Assembly (NCBI RefSeq): GCF_000315625.1
Contig: NW_005434538.1
Coordinates: forward strand, 14,166-78,165
Reading direction: 5' to 3'
DNA length: 64,000 nucleotides
Source: Guillardia theta CCMP2712
Taxonomy: Eukaryota; Protista; Cryptophyta
Shown here: one piece after another, positions 37,942 through 57,203 of the stretch
Layout of the letters: every line of letters begins with the position of its first letter
Position numbering within the stretch: position 1 is the first letter of the stretch
Notes under the pieces: generated by a model
What the model saw: the letters and a program-made list of their open reading frames with translations, nothing else
Told to the model about the DNA's origin: nothing
The model's database searches: none
Position numbers and translations under genes: made by a program

Positions 37942-40900
37942 TCATCCGCCTCCTGCTACTCTCGTCAGCGAGCGACACAAGCGAGATGCAGGCTTACGGC
38001 TCGTAGCCCCTCCCCCTTGTCTTGAGCAGCCTGACACATTCTGATTAGGATCGACGCTTGTGAGACAAGATGGAGCTGCTAGACAGACCTTCTTCTCCTC
38101 CTCGCTACTGCAGCAGATGACGACAAAGTCCATCGTACTCTCGGCATTGTCTGATTGTGATGCCTCTATCATGTCAACATCGTCCTCTTGACTCGCGTCC
38201 TCCTTGCAAGGCAACACAGTGGTCCAAGTCTTGGTCATGTTTCCGATGCGAAGGTTTTTGATCTTGTCGTCTATCTTCTCCTTCATGGATTCATACGCCT
38301 TGGCGGGGAGGATCAAGTTGATCTTTCTGATACATTCCTTATCTCGCAGCAGGTTCCGAACGATGTTAAAGAACGGTTTAAACGCTTCGACGTCGTCCCA
38401 CATGATATTTAACTCCTCGAGTTTGACTCTGTCGAGACTTTTATCTGAAAGCTCGTTCCACTTTCTGCCTGCAGGGACCTCTGCAAAGAAAGGCTGGTCA
38501 CCTTCAGACTCGTCCAATGCACGCCTAGACGGAAAGTAGAAAATATTCCTTTGGCTCTCTACCAGGCTCACAAGGAAGGGTATCGAGGCCTTGGAAGTAC
38601 TTGTCGTCACGATAGCTTCATCGACTTGCATTCTTTCACGGGCCTCATATGGAAACAATACATCCAAGTACACTGCCTCGCACATTTCTTGACCTTCCAG
38701 CTCTTTGATGTCCCTGTAACTCTCCTTGTAGGCAAAGCTGATGTCTCCGCCTTGTATCCTGCAAGTGACCTTCTTGATGTCTGACTGCGGATACAACCTT
38801 TTCAGCCTCTTGACGATAGTCTCGTACACATCACTCAGAGTTGACATGTCGCTACCACATGCAACGTTGAAGATCTGTCGACCATTCACATGCACCCGAC
38901 AGACTACCTCGCAGGCCTCAGGCTGATCGTCAACCTCCAGCCTGTCATGAAGGCTGCGGTGCTGCTTGTGATGAAAGAAGCGGTTCACCTTCAGCACTGC
39001 CAGACCCGCCTCCTCGCACAGGTTGTTGAAATCCACGTCCTCCCACACCTTCTTGGGTGGAAACAAAACTCCCTTGCCAATCGTCGACTTGACATTCAGC
39101 AAGAAGAACGAGTAGACGCTGTGAGTTATCTTGAAGGGAACACTGCTGTTCATGAACACGTTCACATCTCGTCGCATCCCGATCACTGCATAGCCGTCCG
39201 TGTTCCCGCGAACGTCCTGTATTGTAGAGATATCAGACGTGCTCTTGACTCCTCGCTCCATGGCAGCAGCTTTAGCCGCAGCTCCTCGCACAGCCTGACA
39301 GCTCTTGGGTATCATGCTCGACTCATGATCGAAGAAGCCGTCTGTCTTCGGACACGCTTGTCCCTTCCCTTGCTTGTGGTGTTGGCGGCATATCTCTTCA
39401 GATGACTTGGGTGCATCACTGATCATATCCTGCATCTGCAGCATTATCGTCGCAAACGAGCAAGCAACAGGCGGGTGAAGTAGCGGCGGGTCGCTTGCAA
39501 ACATCTTGCTCAGGTCCAGCTGGTAGCAATCGAGAACGTTGTCGTCGATCATCCAGACTCTCTCCAGGCCCAGCAGGTGCGCGAACAGCTGGGCGAACAG
39601 CCTCGCGTATCCTATCCCTCCGTCCTGCGGGGTCAGGCGAAGCTTTCCGTCATCGGGCATCTGGCGCTCAAACTGCTCAAAGCGAAAGCCCAGCTCGCTT
39701 ACAGCCTCGCTCAGAATCATCTCGTGCGACAGAGCGACCACGATGTACTCGCTTCCTACCTCGCTGACGTAGCTCGAGAACTGCCCGTCTCCCTCGCTGT
39801 CATCCGGTCGTACAAGCAACATCTGCCGTACAGGTACGTCGCGGTCTCCCTCTTTGAAGGCGCTCGATCGATCAAGAAATGCAGCTCGCCCTGTCTGGAT
39901 GCTGCCGGCAGCGTCTCGCTTGTAAGAAGCAGTCATCACCCAGTTGCGGATAGCTTTCTCCCCTTGAAGCTCAACAGCGCCATTCACTCTCCCGTCCTTG
40001 AGCGAGAAATACCGTGACACTTGTTCTTCTCCGAAAGGAAAGGAAATCCTCGGCCATCGACGCTCGTCGTCTCCAAACAAGCGAGCTATCCTCACGCCTC
40101 TCATCATCGGCGACAGTCGCAGCAGCTTCACCTTGGTCTTCTCTGGGAGCGTGTGGAGGCAGAGGCATCGCGCAGGGAAATCATTCTTCACTTGCCCTGT
40201 CGCGAGTCCTTGAGAGGTCCCAGCCGTCGTTTCCCTGCCCTCCCATGCAATGTTCTGAAGGTCTGTTTTCGAACCCAAGGCAGAGAGACTGAGCTCGCTC
40301 TTGTCCTGGTTTGATTGGAGCAGAGTTTCACCAGATCGAGTTTTCAATCCTGCTTTCATCATGTCTGCAACGATAGAAGGCATGCTGTCTTCCCTGTCCC
40401 ACTCGACGATGTCTCTCAGTCTCTCAACGTCTAAGATCCTCAGCTTGACTTCAGCTCCTTCTGAGATGATCTCGATCGGACTGCTGTCACTCTTCCACAC
40501 TTTCTTTAGGAGACGAATGACTTTCTCCTTCACTTGTATGCACTCGCCCTCAGCGTTCTGGCTTGACGCTGGAGCCAGCAGCGCTTTACAGTACAGCTGC
40601 TGCCATGACGACCGGCCACGACTGTCCCGCAGACACTTGGCCAGAAGCCTCAGGCGCTGAAAGATCACCATCTTGTGATATTTCCCCTCCTTCATCTTGA
40701 AAAGACCAAGCTTCTGCCCAGCTAGATCCCGCCAGAACGGCATCTCCCAGGCAAGGCGGGTTTGGAACTCAACCTTTATCGGGTAATCCTCTGGTCGTAT
40801 TTGAGGTATGCAGGCATACTCACTGTCAGCTCTCAGACCAACTTCTCTCCTGAGAAAGTTGAGAAGGTGCAGATACGCTCCTGTCTTGCCGATCTGACAC

Positions 40901-41850
40901 TCTGCATGTAAAAGAAAGCGAAGCTGATGCTGTCTTCTTTTCGTGTGGTCTTGACACCAGTCGCAATGATTGACTCTGACTCTCTTGGAGCCTTCTCCCT
41001 CAGCCTTTGCTCGCGTCACGGCCACGTGTTGGTTCCTGTAGTCATGCAGCTCGTTCTTCTGGTAGCTGATGACCAGCTGACCCCTGTCGTCTCTTCGCTT
41101 CATGTGCGTGTGAAGTTGTGGGCTGAGTCGGATGCATTCCCAGATCTCTTTGCTGCAGTATTCAGCTGTCTCCACTGCTTTCATGAGCGTGTCGTACAAG
41201 GAGGAGCTCACGAGGGCAGACGGGAGGTCATGCTCCAGCTCCTTCAGCACTCCTCCGTGAGGGCAGTTGTGCCTGCTAGCTAGCCAAGCCAAGCTTGCGC
41301 TGTCCCGCACGATTATGTACGTGCTATCTGGACATTTCTTGACTTGTGAACTGTCCTGGACTCTGATCTTCGTCTCATCGTCCTGTCTTCGAGACTCTGT
41401 TATCTTGAGACACTGAACGTCTCCCCATGATGGTGATCCTCCTATCTTAAACGTACTCGTGGGGAAGCGAATGAGCATACAGCCTTTCAGATCCTCAGCC
41501 ATTGATGCTTGGGCGCTTCTGTCAACATTCCGATCCAGCGTGTACCAATCTTCTTCACCTCTCCTTCCAGGCGACAAGGTCTTGCCACGTTCCACGACCT
41601 GCAGAATACTTTTCTGAGTCCAGCTGGACAAGCTCCACGCTATCCCAATGAGTCGCTTCCCATCGAGACCTTGTGACAGATCCACTTCATCGTCTGCAGC
41701 ATTCGCATACACAACGATCGGCCGTCCCTTCCCTTCGAACCATCTCTTCTCCTTTGCTACCTGCACCGCCTCCTCCGATGTCTCGAAGCAGTGCTCCTCA
41801 CGCAAAGTCGGGTAGCGACAGAGTCTGCCCATCTCCTGCGGCACGTTCAA
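37942..41850 (-). CDS. GREB1-like protein copy 2, exon with motif VI, permuted Walker A and TAGT glycosyltransferase
   Basis: QEMGRLCR, CQIGKTGAYL, GGIGYAR, WMIDDN and WEDVDFN are all intact. Intron 41836-41910 is conserved. Confidence 0.85.
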   Translation of the reverse strand: MNVPQEMGRLCRYPTLREEHCFETSEEAVQVAKEKRWFEGKGRPIVVYANAADDEVDLSQGLDGKRLIGIAWSLSSWTQKSILQVVERGKTLSPGRRGEEDWYTLDRNVDRSAQASMAEDLKGCMLIRFPTSTFKIGGSPSWGDVQCLKITESRRQDDETKIRVQDSSQVKKCPDSTYIIVRDSASLAWLASRHNCPHGGVLKELEHDLPSALVSSSLYDTLMKAVETAEYCSKEIWECIRLSPQLHTHMKRRDDRGQLVISYQKNELHDYRNQHVAVTRAKAEGEGSKRVRVNHCDWCQDHTKRRQHQLRFLLHAECQIGKTGAYLHLLNFLRREVGLRADSEYACIPQIRPEDYPIKVEFQTRLAWEMPFWRDLAGQKLGLFKMKEGKYHKMVIFQRLRLLAKCLRDSRGRSSWQQLYCKALLAPASSQNAEGECIQVKEKVIRLLKKVWKSDSSPIEIISEGAEVKLRILDVERLRDIVEWDREDSMPSIVADMMKAGLKTRSGETLLQSNQDKSELSLSALGSKTDLQNIAWEGRETTAGTSQGLATGQVKNDFPARCLCLHTLPEKTKVKLLRLSPMMRGVRIARLFGDDERRWPRISFPFGEEQVSRYFSLKDGRVNGAVELQGEKAIRNWVMTASYKRDAAGSIQTGRAAFLDRSSAFKEGDRDVPVRQMLLVRPDDSEGDGQFSSYVSEVGSEYIVVALSHEMILSEAVSELGFRFEQFERQMPDDGKLRLTPQDGGIGYARLFAQLFAHLLGLERVWMIDDNVLDCYQLDLSKMFASDPPLLHPPVACSFATIMLQMQDMISDAPKSSEEICRQHHKQGKGQACPKTDGFFDHESSMIPKSCQAVRGAAAKAAAMERGVKSTSDISTIQDVRGNTDGYAVIGMRRDVNVFMNSSVPFKITHSVYSFFLLNVKSTIGKGVLFPPKKVWEDVDFNNLCEEAGLAVLKVNRFFHHKQHRSLHDRLEVDDQPEACEVVCRVHVNGRQIFNVACGSDMSTLSDVYETIVKRLKRLYPQSDIKKVTCRIQGGDISFAYKESYRDIKELEGQEMCEAVYLDVLFPYEARERMQVDEAIVTTSTSKASIPFLVSLVESQRNIFYFPSRRALDESEGDQPFFAEVPAGRKWNELSDKSLDRVKLEELNIMWDDVEAFKPFFNIVRNLLRDKECIRKINLILPAKAYESMKEKIDDKIKNLRIGNMTKTWTTVLPCKEDASQEDDVDMIEASQSDNAESTMDFVVICCSSEEEKKVCLAAPSCLTSVDPNQNVSGCSRQGGGATSRKPASRLCRSLTRVAGGG

Positions 41851-41880
41851 GTCAGTAGGAGGAGGTTGAGGACCCCGCGG

Positions 41881-44730
41881 TCAAGTACACGAGGCGACAA
41901 GAGGTCGCACCTGGATCAGCGTCGTCGTGTTGTCAGACGAGCGCACGCGCAAGTCAAGACAATCGAAGGAGTGCGGGAACGTGTCGCCCATGCGGCCCTT
42001 CTCGATCAGGACCAAGATACACGGGAGTCCCTCCAGGTCCTTGTAGTTCAGGCTCGTCAACTTCTTTCCACGCGCTCTGCCTTGAATGAGCGAGTTGATA
42101 GAGCGAGGTGCTTTGTCCTTGTCGTAGGTCAGCGGCTCATCTCGAAACTGAGTTTCAATGCAGTCGTACAGCTCAGACCCTCCGTAGTCTTCGATGACCG
42201 CGAATACCGAATCTCCAAACAAGGATTTGCGTATTCGCTTCAGCTCCTCACAAACCTCATCGGCTAGCTTGATGCTAAACATTCCGACTACTTTCATATG
42301 TCCGTAAAGACCCCCGTTATGCTTGCGCTGGCTTAGAAGATCCTTGACTATTCTGTCTGTCTCGTTGAATTGGAAGTAGTCGTCTGCCTCCATGAACGAG
42401 TCGTCATCATTCACTTCAACACTTTCTTCCTTCGCCTCTGACTTCAGTTTGATGTAGAACACCTCTGCGATACAATCCCGAGCCGCACTCCCACTTCTCT
42501 CCTCCTTCAGGGTCTCCTTGACTCGCTCCCGCAGCTTCGCACAAGCTTGTCTAGCTCCACTTGACTTGCACTTGTTTGCTATTGTCATGTATTCTTCCTC
42601 GAGCTTCAACTTCTCCAGATCTTTAAGAGTGATATTGTGCAAGTCGTCAGCAACACTCTTCAGCCTGCCAGTGCTTCGGTCCCAACGGACTTTGTGAAAG
42701 TAGAGCATCGAAAGGATAAAGTCTGCGAGCCAGACATGCTCCCTGACGGCTTCTTCTTCTTCCTTCTTCTTCCTCGAAACTTTGACGGACTCCATCAGCG
42801 TGCTGATCAGGTTGTTTTCTCGACGGATGAGTTGATTCCGCACGTCCTCTCGAGTTTGATCGTCTGCAGAAGCCTCTTCACCGGGTAGGATACACTCATC
42901 TAAGACATAAGACGGCAAAGTTCGCAGGAAGTCTTCAAACCGAAAGTATATCGTCCGGTATCTCCGCGATCTCAGCTTCCACTTGATCACGTGCAGCTCC
43001 TCATCAAACTCGCCAGTCTTTTGCTCCTTCGCTTCTTGCACCGGCTTGTAAGGATCATCCTCCTCGAACTTCACGTACTTCTCGGGTATCCTACTGTGGA
43101 GGGTGAGGTTTGGGTACGGTGTAGCACTGACTTGCAACACTATGAAGTTCTTCTTCTCCATCAGGTTTGGATCATTGATAATCAGGTCTTGAGGGCTGCC
43201 TTTGTTCAACGCCCAATGCGACTCATCGGAGATCAGCACAAACAGCGTCTTGTCTGAAATGCTCAGAATCTTCTTTCTCAGCTGCTCCGCCGCAGGTGCT
43301 TGATGAGCAACGACCTTGTTACACTCTCTGTCTGAGGTCATATCGGAGAACAAGGTCTCGAGCATGCGTGCTTCGGTCTGCTGCTTGAGGGTCAAGAAGT
43401 TCGGAACAAGAATCGCAAAGTCAAGCTTCTCAAAGTCTCTCAGGCTCATCTTCTCTTCCTGCAACACAAACTTGAGTCGGTTCAAGATCCGGCCGGCTAC
43501 CGCCTTCTGCTCCGGAAACACTCTCCCTAACGCACGAGCATCCGTCTCGATCTCTGAGGCGTCGAGCGGTCGCAGCGTCTCTAGAACATCTTCAGATGAC
43601 GGAAGCACCGACGCCTCGACCCTCATCTTGATCACCAGCTGAAGCCCGAGCTCAGGGTCTTGGTTTGACCTCTGCTTGTTGTATCGCTCCGATATGGCTT
43701 GAAAGTAACCCGTGTCTTGACGATCAAACGTCTTTCTGCCCCCAAACCCATCATCGAGTATCTCGATCTTGACGATCCTCTCGATTCCTCTCACTCGACA
43801 TGGCTTGGTGAACTCCTCAGACTCGAAGGCTTCCTTCACACGCTTCTCAAACTCTTCTGGAGTGAGTTGCTCAAGATCCTGCTGGATAATCTCGATCGCT
43901 GATTTATGTCCCTTACAGCCTCCTGCACCTTGAAGCTCAATCCTGCATGGTCTGTCTGAGACCTCCTGCCTCTGCTCAGCCTCGCTGAGCAGGTTGAGCT
44001 CTTTTTCCAACAACTCAATGTCTGCTGTTTGACGCATGATGATAAGAAAGCCAATGGTGCGATCTTCCAGCCTTTGTCCTTCATTGATGCGAATCATCTG
44101 TATTCTGCTGGGTTTACTATCTGCAGGAACGGAAGGGCCTTCGCCTTCACTTCCCACAAATACTTCTACGAACCTGAAACTGCCATCAGCGTTCAAACTC
44201 TGCCAAGTCCATCTTTCTGTCTGTTTTTGAGTCGACTTTGTCATACAGTCGTAGATTTGTTCTTTCCCTCGTGAAGGCAGCTTTTGACTTATCAGATCAT
44301 TCTTTTCTCTCTGATTCATACCGAGTGCGCGCGCCATCATGGCTGCGCCTTCCAGCAACTCGCGCTTTTGCGAATCATTATTCTCGGATTCTTTGGCTTT
44401 GTTAATGCAGCCGAGGACGTTGATTTCTTTGTTTTTAGTCAGGCGTTTTTGCAAGGCAGTCACCAGCTGGGGAAAGAACGAAATGTCTGTCATCATGCTC
44501 TGATGTTCGAGAGACAAGTCAGAGTAAAAAGCACATTCGTGAGCTTCAAGCCTCTTCAAGTCAATCTTCAAATCTTGACAAATCTTCTTCATCCATATGC
44601 TGGTTTCTTCGTCGACACCAACAGTAATTCCGATACCTGCCCCATCGAAGCTTTCTTCGATTTCCATTTTCACTGAAAGCATTGACCTGGCCAAGTAAAC
44701 AAAAGTGTCAAAATGAATATTCGCAAACAA
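41881..44730 (-). CDS. GREB1-like protein copy 2, exon with SF2 helicase motifs II-V
   Basis: DESH, SAT and EKGRMGDTFP are intact. Confidence 0.85.
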   Translation of the reverse strand: MFANIHFDTFVYLARSMLSVKMEIEESFDGAGIGITVGVDEETSIWMKKICQDLKIDLKRLEAHECAFYSDLSLEHQSMMTDISFFPQLVTALQKRLTKNKEINVLGCINKAKESENNDSQKRELLEGAAMMARALGMNQREKNDLISQKLPSRGKEQIYDCMTKSTQKQTERWTWQSLNADGSFRFVEVFVGSEGEGPSVPADSKPSRIQMIRINEGQRLEDRTIGFLIIMRQTADIELLEKELNLLSEAEQRQEVSDRPCRIELQGAGGCKGHKSAIEIIQQDLEQLTPEEFEKRVKEAFESEEFTKPCRVRGIERIVKIEILDDGFGGRKTFDRQDTGYFQAISERYNKQRSNQDPELGLQLVIKMRVEASVLPSSEDVLETLRPLDASEIETDARALGRVFPEQKAVAGRILNRLKFVLQEEKMSLRDFEKLDFAILVPNFLTLKQQTEARMLETLFSDMTSDRECNKVVAHQAPAAEQLRKKILSISDKTLFVLISDESHWALNKGSPQDLIINDPNLMEKKNFIVLQVSATPYPNLTLHSRIPEKYVKFEEDDPYKPVQEAKEQKTGEFDEELHVIKWKLRSRRYRTIYFRFEDFLRTLPSYVLDECILPGEEASADDQTREDVRNQLIRRENNLISTLMESVKVSRKKKEEEEAVREHVWLADFILSMLYFHKVRWDRSTGRLKSVADDLHNITLKDLEKLKLEEEYMTIANKCKSSGARQACAKLRERVKETLKEERSGSAARDCIAEVFYIKLKSEAKEESVEVNDDDSFMEADDYFQFNETDRIVKDLLSQRKHNGGLYGHMKVVGMFSIKLADEVCEELKRIRKSLFGDSVFAVIEDYGGSELYDCIETQFRDEPLTYDKDKAPRSINSLIQGRARGKKLTSLNYKDLEGLPCILVLIEKGRMGDTFPHSFDCLDLRVRSSDNTTTLIQVRPLVASCT

Positions 44731-45298
44731 AGCTTCTCCTGAAGAATCCGTTGCTAAATCTGCTGGTAGACTTTGAAAATATCTAAGAGATTATGATGAT
44801 CAAATCTAAGAAAATTTCAAAAAACAAGCCATCTTGTTTTCTCACTACACTGGACCCATCTCTTGTGCTGTCCTCGCGTGAGATTTCTCGCCAGTTCCTC
44901 AGGTCATCGGCCTCTTCCACATTGCAAACAAAACAAAATGCTAGAAGGCATGAAAAAATGGTAGTTCTACAGTTCGCTTACCCTGCAAGCGGGGTTTCTT
45001 GGACCCCAGCAGAGTCAGCACTCAATTTCTTGCTAGTCTTGGCAGGAACTTTCTCTTCTCGATATGTCACTTTCTTCACAGGGTCGACCTGTTGAAACCA
45101 AAAATAAGAAAGAAAGTTATCCAGACAACAAAATGAAACGGCAAATCTTTACGCACCTTTTCCATTTTGATGTTTGGTTTCGAATCTTCAAGAGATTTTC
45201 GATCTGGAAGTTCAAGTCATACTCCTCTCGTTCAAGTCAATCAAACGCTTGACCTTTTCTTTGAGGCAAGATTGTTATCGATCCTGCCCCACATGATT

Positions 45299-47053
45299 TC
45301 AGTATGTTGATTGAGATGGGCAACGAAGAGGTTGTTTAGTACCTGGTTGCTCCAATTTCTTCCAATCAATGAATTTCGACACACCTCCCCCGACGGTGAG
45401 CAGCAGGGTCCGAAGCATCTCTACCTCCTTCGCTTCCATCCTCTCCTCCATCTCCCCGTACTCACGAGGTCCGCTCAGCCAACCGCTGCTGCTGATCCAT
45501 GTTCGAAACAAGCCCTCTTTTCCATTCCCGCCTAGAACCTCTCGGACGCTCTTCGCAAGCATCACTGACATACAAGCGCTGCTCAATCTTGTCATCTTCA
45601 AGAACGCAACGCAGCTGCCGGTCTCGACGACTCGAGACAGAACGTGAACAGCAAGCAGAGGGCTCAGTCGCCCTTCTTGGTCAGCGGTTATCTTGTCTTT
45701 GAGATATTCTTCCGCAAGGTCTAGTGCCTCCTCTTGTTCTTTTTCCCCCTTACTGTAGTGATCTGCAAGATAGTCGTTCCTGGTCCACCATTTTATTTCT
45801 GCATTCGCCTCCTCTTCCATATGTCTCAATGAGCTTCTAATCTCCTCGCGCACTGTGAAATCAATAGCTGCTGTCACCATCTTCTTCCTGTCAATCTCCC
45901 CGTATCTCTCTCGTATCCATCGCTCCAGTTTCTCTGACCAGATCTCATCGGCAACCATGGCCTTCCCAACTGTTTTGATCAGCTCAGGCCCGACCATCTG
46001 CTTTGCAAAGGCATGAAAGAATCCTCGGTCACCTTGTTTTTTGTACGTCGTGCCCTTGTTGCTCAGGAACACCAAAAGGAACATCGAGCATATTTTCCAT
46101 CGTGGACCCTTATCTTGCAAGCTAAAAAGGCTTTTTCTTACGAGCTGGAGGAGACTTTCTCGGAAAACATCTGCTCCTGTTCGTGTTGCTGCAGGACTGT
46201 ACGCTGCTACAACCTGCACCCCCGAGTCTGTACTGTCTGGCTGCATCCCCTCGCTTTGAATCAAGCTTTCCACTCCCATCCTTATCTGTTGCAGGTCTGC
46301 TGCTACCGTCTTATCATTTCTGAGACAGAGCTTGTCTGGAATGAGTTCCGTACACAATGTCCTTGCATACTGACCATACTTTCCTTGTTCTCTGTCGTAG
46401 CTCATCCGCACCGCGTATTCTATGGCGAGTTTGAGTCTTCGATTCTGAGCAAACATTCCTTGCTCGCTGTCAAGTAGATCTTCGAGGAATGCTGATTCGT
46501 CCGATGCTTGTTGACCTCTGCTGCACGAAAGGCACAGCGACACTCGCATTCGTTGGATCAAGCTGGATCCTTCATGCTCCAACCTCTCCATCCCCATCCA
46601 CGCGCTTCTCTTGGAGTTTCGGCAGGCATCGATGATAACCAGCAAAGGAGGAATCCTGTCTGAATTCTGGGCAGCTCCATCTCTAAGGGCCTCCAACATA
46701 TCCGCTACTGTTATCATGCTCTGCTTAGTCTCTTCAGATTCCTCGGCCCGGACGATGTCACTTGTTAGCAATGCTATATCTCCTTTACTTAGCTGCATCC
46801 CATGCCCAGCAAAGAACACCAATATCAGCTCCAGGCCCCTCGTCTTGCGATCCCTTACGAGGGAAGAAATCTGACTTGTGATCGCCGTCCTCGTTGAAGG
46901 GTTGACCAGAAGAGTTGCCTGGCATCCGGGGCTGCTTTCCAGCTGATTGTGAACGTCAGTAGCGTCACGAATGGCGTTGTCCAAGGTGGAAATATGCTCG
47001 TAGGCATCAATACCAATGCAGAGCGTTTTAATCCGGCAAGTATTCTCTCCCAT
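45299..47053 (-). CDS. Caspase-like (peptidase C14) domain protein, copy 2
   Basis: FAGHG and DACR are intact; 584 aa, collinear with copy 1. Confidence 0.88.
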   Translation of the reverse strand: MGENTCRIKTLCIGIDAYEHISTLDNAIRDATDVHNQLESSPGCQATLLVNPSTRTAITSQISSLVRDRKTRGLELILVFFAGHGMQLSKGDIALLTSDIVRAEESEETKQSMITVADMLEALRDGAAQNSDRIPPLLVIIDACRNSKRSAWMGMERLEHEGSSLIQRMRVSLCLSCSRGQQASDESAFLEDLLDSEQGMFAQNRRLKLAIEYAVRMSYDREQGKYGQYARTLCTELIPDKLCLRNDKTVAADLQQIRMGVESLIQSEGMQPDSTDSGVQVVAAYSPAATRTGADVFRESLLQLVRKSLFSLQDKGPRWKICSMFLLVFLSNKGTTYKKQGDRGFFHAFAKQMVGPELIKTVGKAMVADEIWSEKLERWIRERYGEIDRKKMVTAAIDFTVREEIRSSLRHMEEEANAEIKWWTRNDYLADHYSKGEKEQEEALDLAEEYLKDKITADQEGRLSPLLAVHVLSRVVETGSCVAFLKMTRLSSACMSVMLAKSVREVLGGNGKEGLFRTWISSSGWLSGPREYGEMEERMEAKEVEMLRTLLLTVGGGVSKFIDWKKLEQPGTKQPLRCPSQSTY

Positions 47054-48468
47054 CTTGCTGCGACCAGTTTGGAATGGCTATACAACCTGCCGATATTACC
47101 AATAAACAATGTGAACAGGGGTTGAAAGAAAATCATGCAAAGCATGCAGCAAAACATATCAGTATCCAGACGTGCGTACCTGGAGATAGTATCCTCTTAT
47201 TATTTTAGACTGACAAAGACTTAGTCAATAAAGGGAATTGAGGAACAATAACACTGTGCATAGAACGTTCTCAGTGATTTTCCTGTCTAATTCTTTGCTA
47301 GGCATCTCTCGGACAACACTTGGTTTGTTAAGCACTTGTAAAAGATGTAACATTGATATATCATTCTCAAACAGAGCCTTCATCGGATGTCTGAAAGCTA
47401 GGAATCCACATTGTGCCAACATGATTGTTTCTACTGGACTTTTTCTCTCACCCCTTTAGACAAAAAGCAGAATTCAAAGGGATTCAGTAGGGGAATCGGT
47501 CAGGATATAAGAAGAAGAATCGGCAGCAGGAGAACAGGCTGGAGGAAAGAGCCAAGGCAGAACTATAAACAAAGAGAAAATCAAGATCTGTCAAGAGGAG
47601 ATAGTGAGCAGAAGAAACCAGGAAGATAAAATGAAGCAATGATGAAATTGATGATTTACTGTGGATGGGGACAAGGAATTGGAAGCTGATGAGGATGAGG
47701 ATGAGGATGAGGATGAGGATGAGGATGATGAGGATATGGATCATTTCCAACCAACGATTGGTTTCTCCGTGTGTCTCGTCTGTATCAATTCCCCTGAAAT
47801 ACTGCCAATACCTGCTCAACAATCAGAAACTGTCTTCTCACATTCTTAATCCAAATAAAATTTGGCAGGGCGTTACCAGAACATGTGACTAGTCTACCAT
47901 AAGAGATGTCTCTTCCTCTAACATTCTAGTACCATCCTCTCCCTCACTTCATCTGCTTCATCTGCCTCTACCTCGCCTCGCATGTCTGAGGCGATAGGTG
48001 TCTCCAGCACTCCCTTCCTACCTCGCCAGCAACTATTCGCTACCCCTCCAATTACTCTGTCAAGAGGGGGTGGACAGCGTGTCAATCGTCTCCACCCCAC
48101 CACCCTCTTCAACGTTCTCACCAAAACCAGCACCCCAGTACCACAAACCCTGCACGGTATGGTACTGGGTGGTGGAGTCCAGTACTTAAAACTTCACTTA
48201 ATCCGGCCGCCAGTACCGGCGTAGGCTTTTATAATTTTTATCACTGCCGGGGCCCGAGCTGCCCGGACAACATCGGCACTGAGTGAGTCCTCAGTGACTC
48301 CTGGAGAACCCCCTGGAGTCACTGAAACTGTTTGGTACTACTAATTTACTTTTACTCAAAGTTTACTCGTACTGAGAGTATAACTTGACTTTGAGTAAAG
48401 AAATTTACTCAACAAGTTCGCTGGTTCAGTGGTACTGAGCGGGGATGAGGTCGAAACCTTTGGAGGCA

Positions 48469-52200
<3,732 letters not shown>

Positions 52201-52398
52201 GTCTAACAAGCAGTGACAGGAGACGTTCTGCTCCTCCTCCTTTGTTCCTGCATTGGGAGCGTCTGAATGAGTTTTACTTCTGTCTTTTCTGCTTCATGTT
52301 GTACTATACAAACAATGAGAATGAATAGTCCCGCTGCTGTCAGTTTGCAAGCATTCGTCGCCATGGGCCTGTCTTGGAGGCTATCCGACATAACCCGC

Positions 52399-57203
<4,805 letters not shown>

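Larger units (their letters stand above)
37347..47627 (-). repeat. Right arm of the inverted segmental duplication
   Basis: Reverse complement of 1-10226 with scattered substitutions and indels. Examples are a ~70 bp indel near 47400-47470 and a 21-bp in-frame deletion near 44748. Confidence 0.97.
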
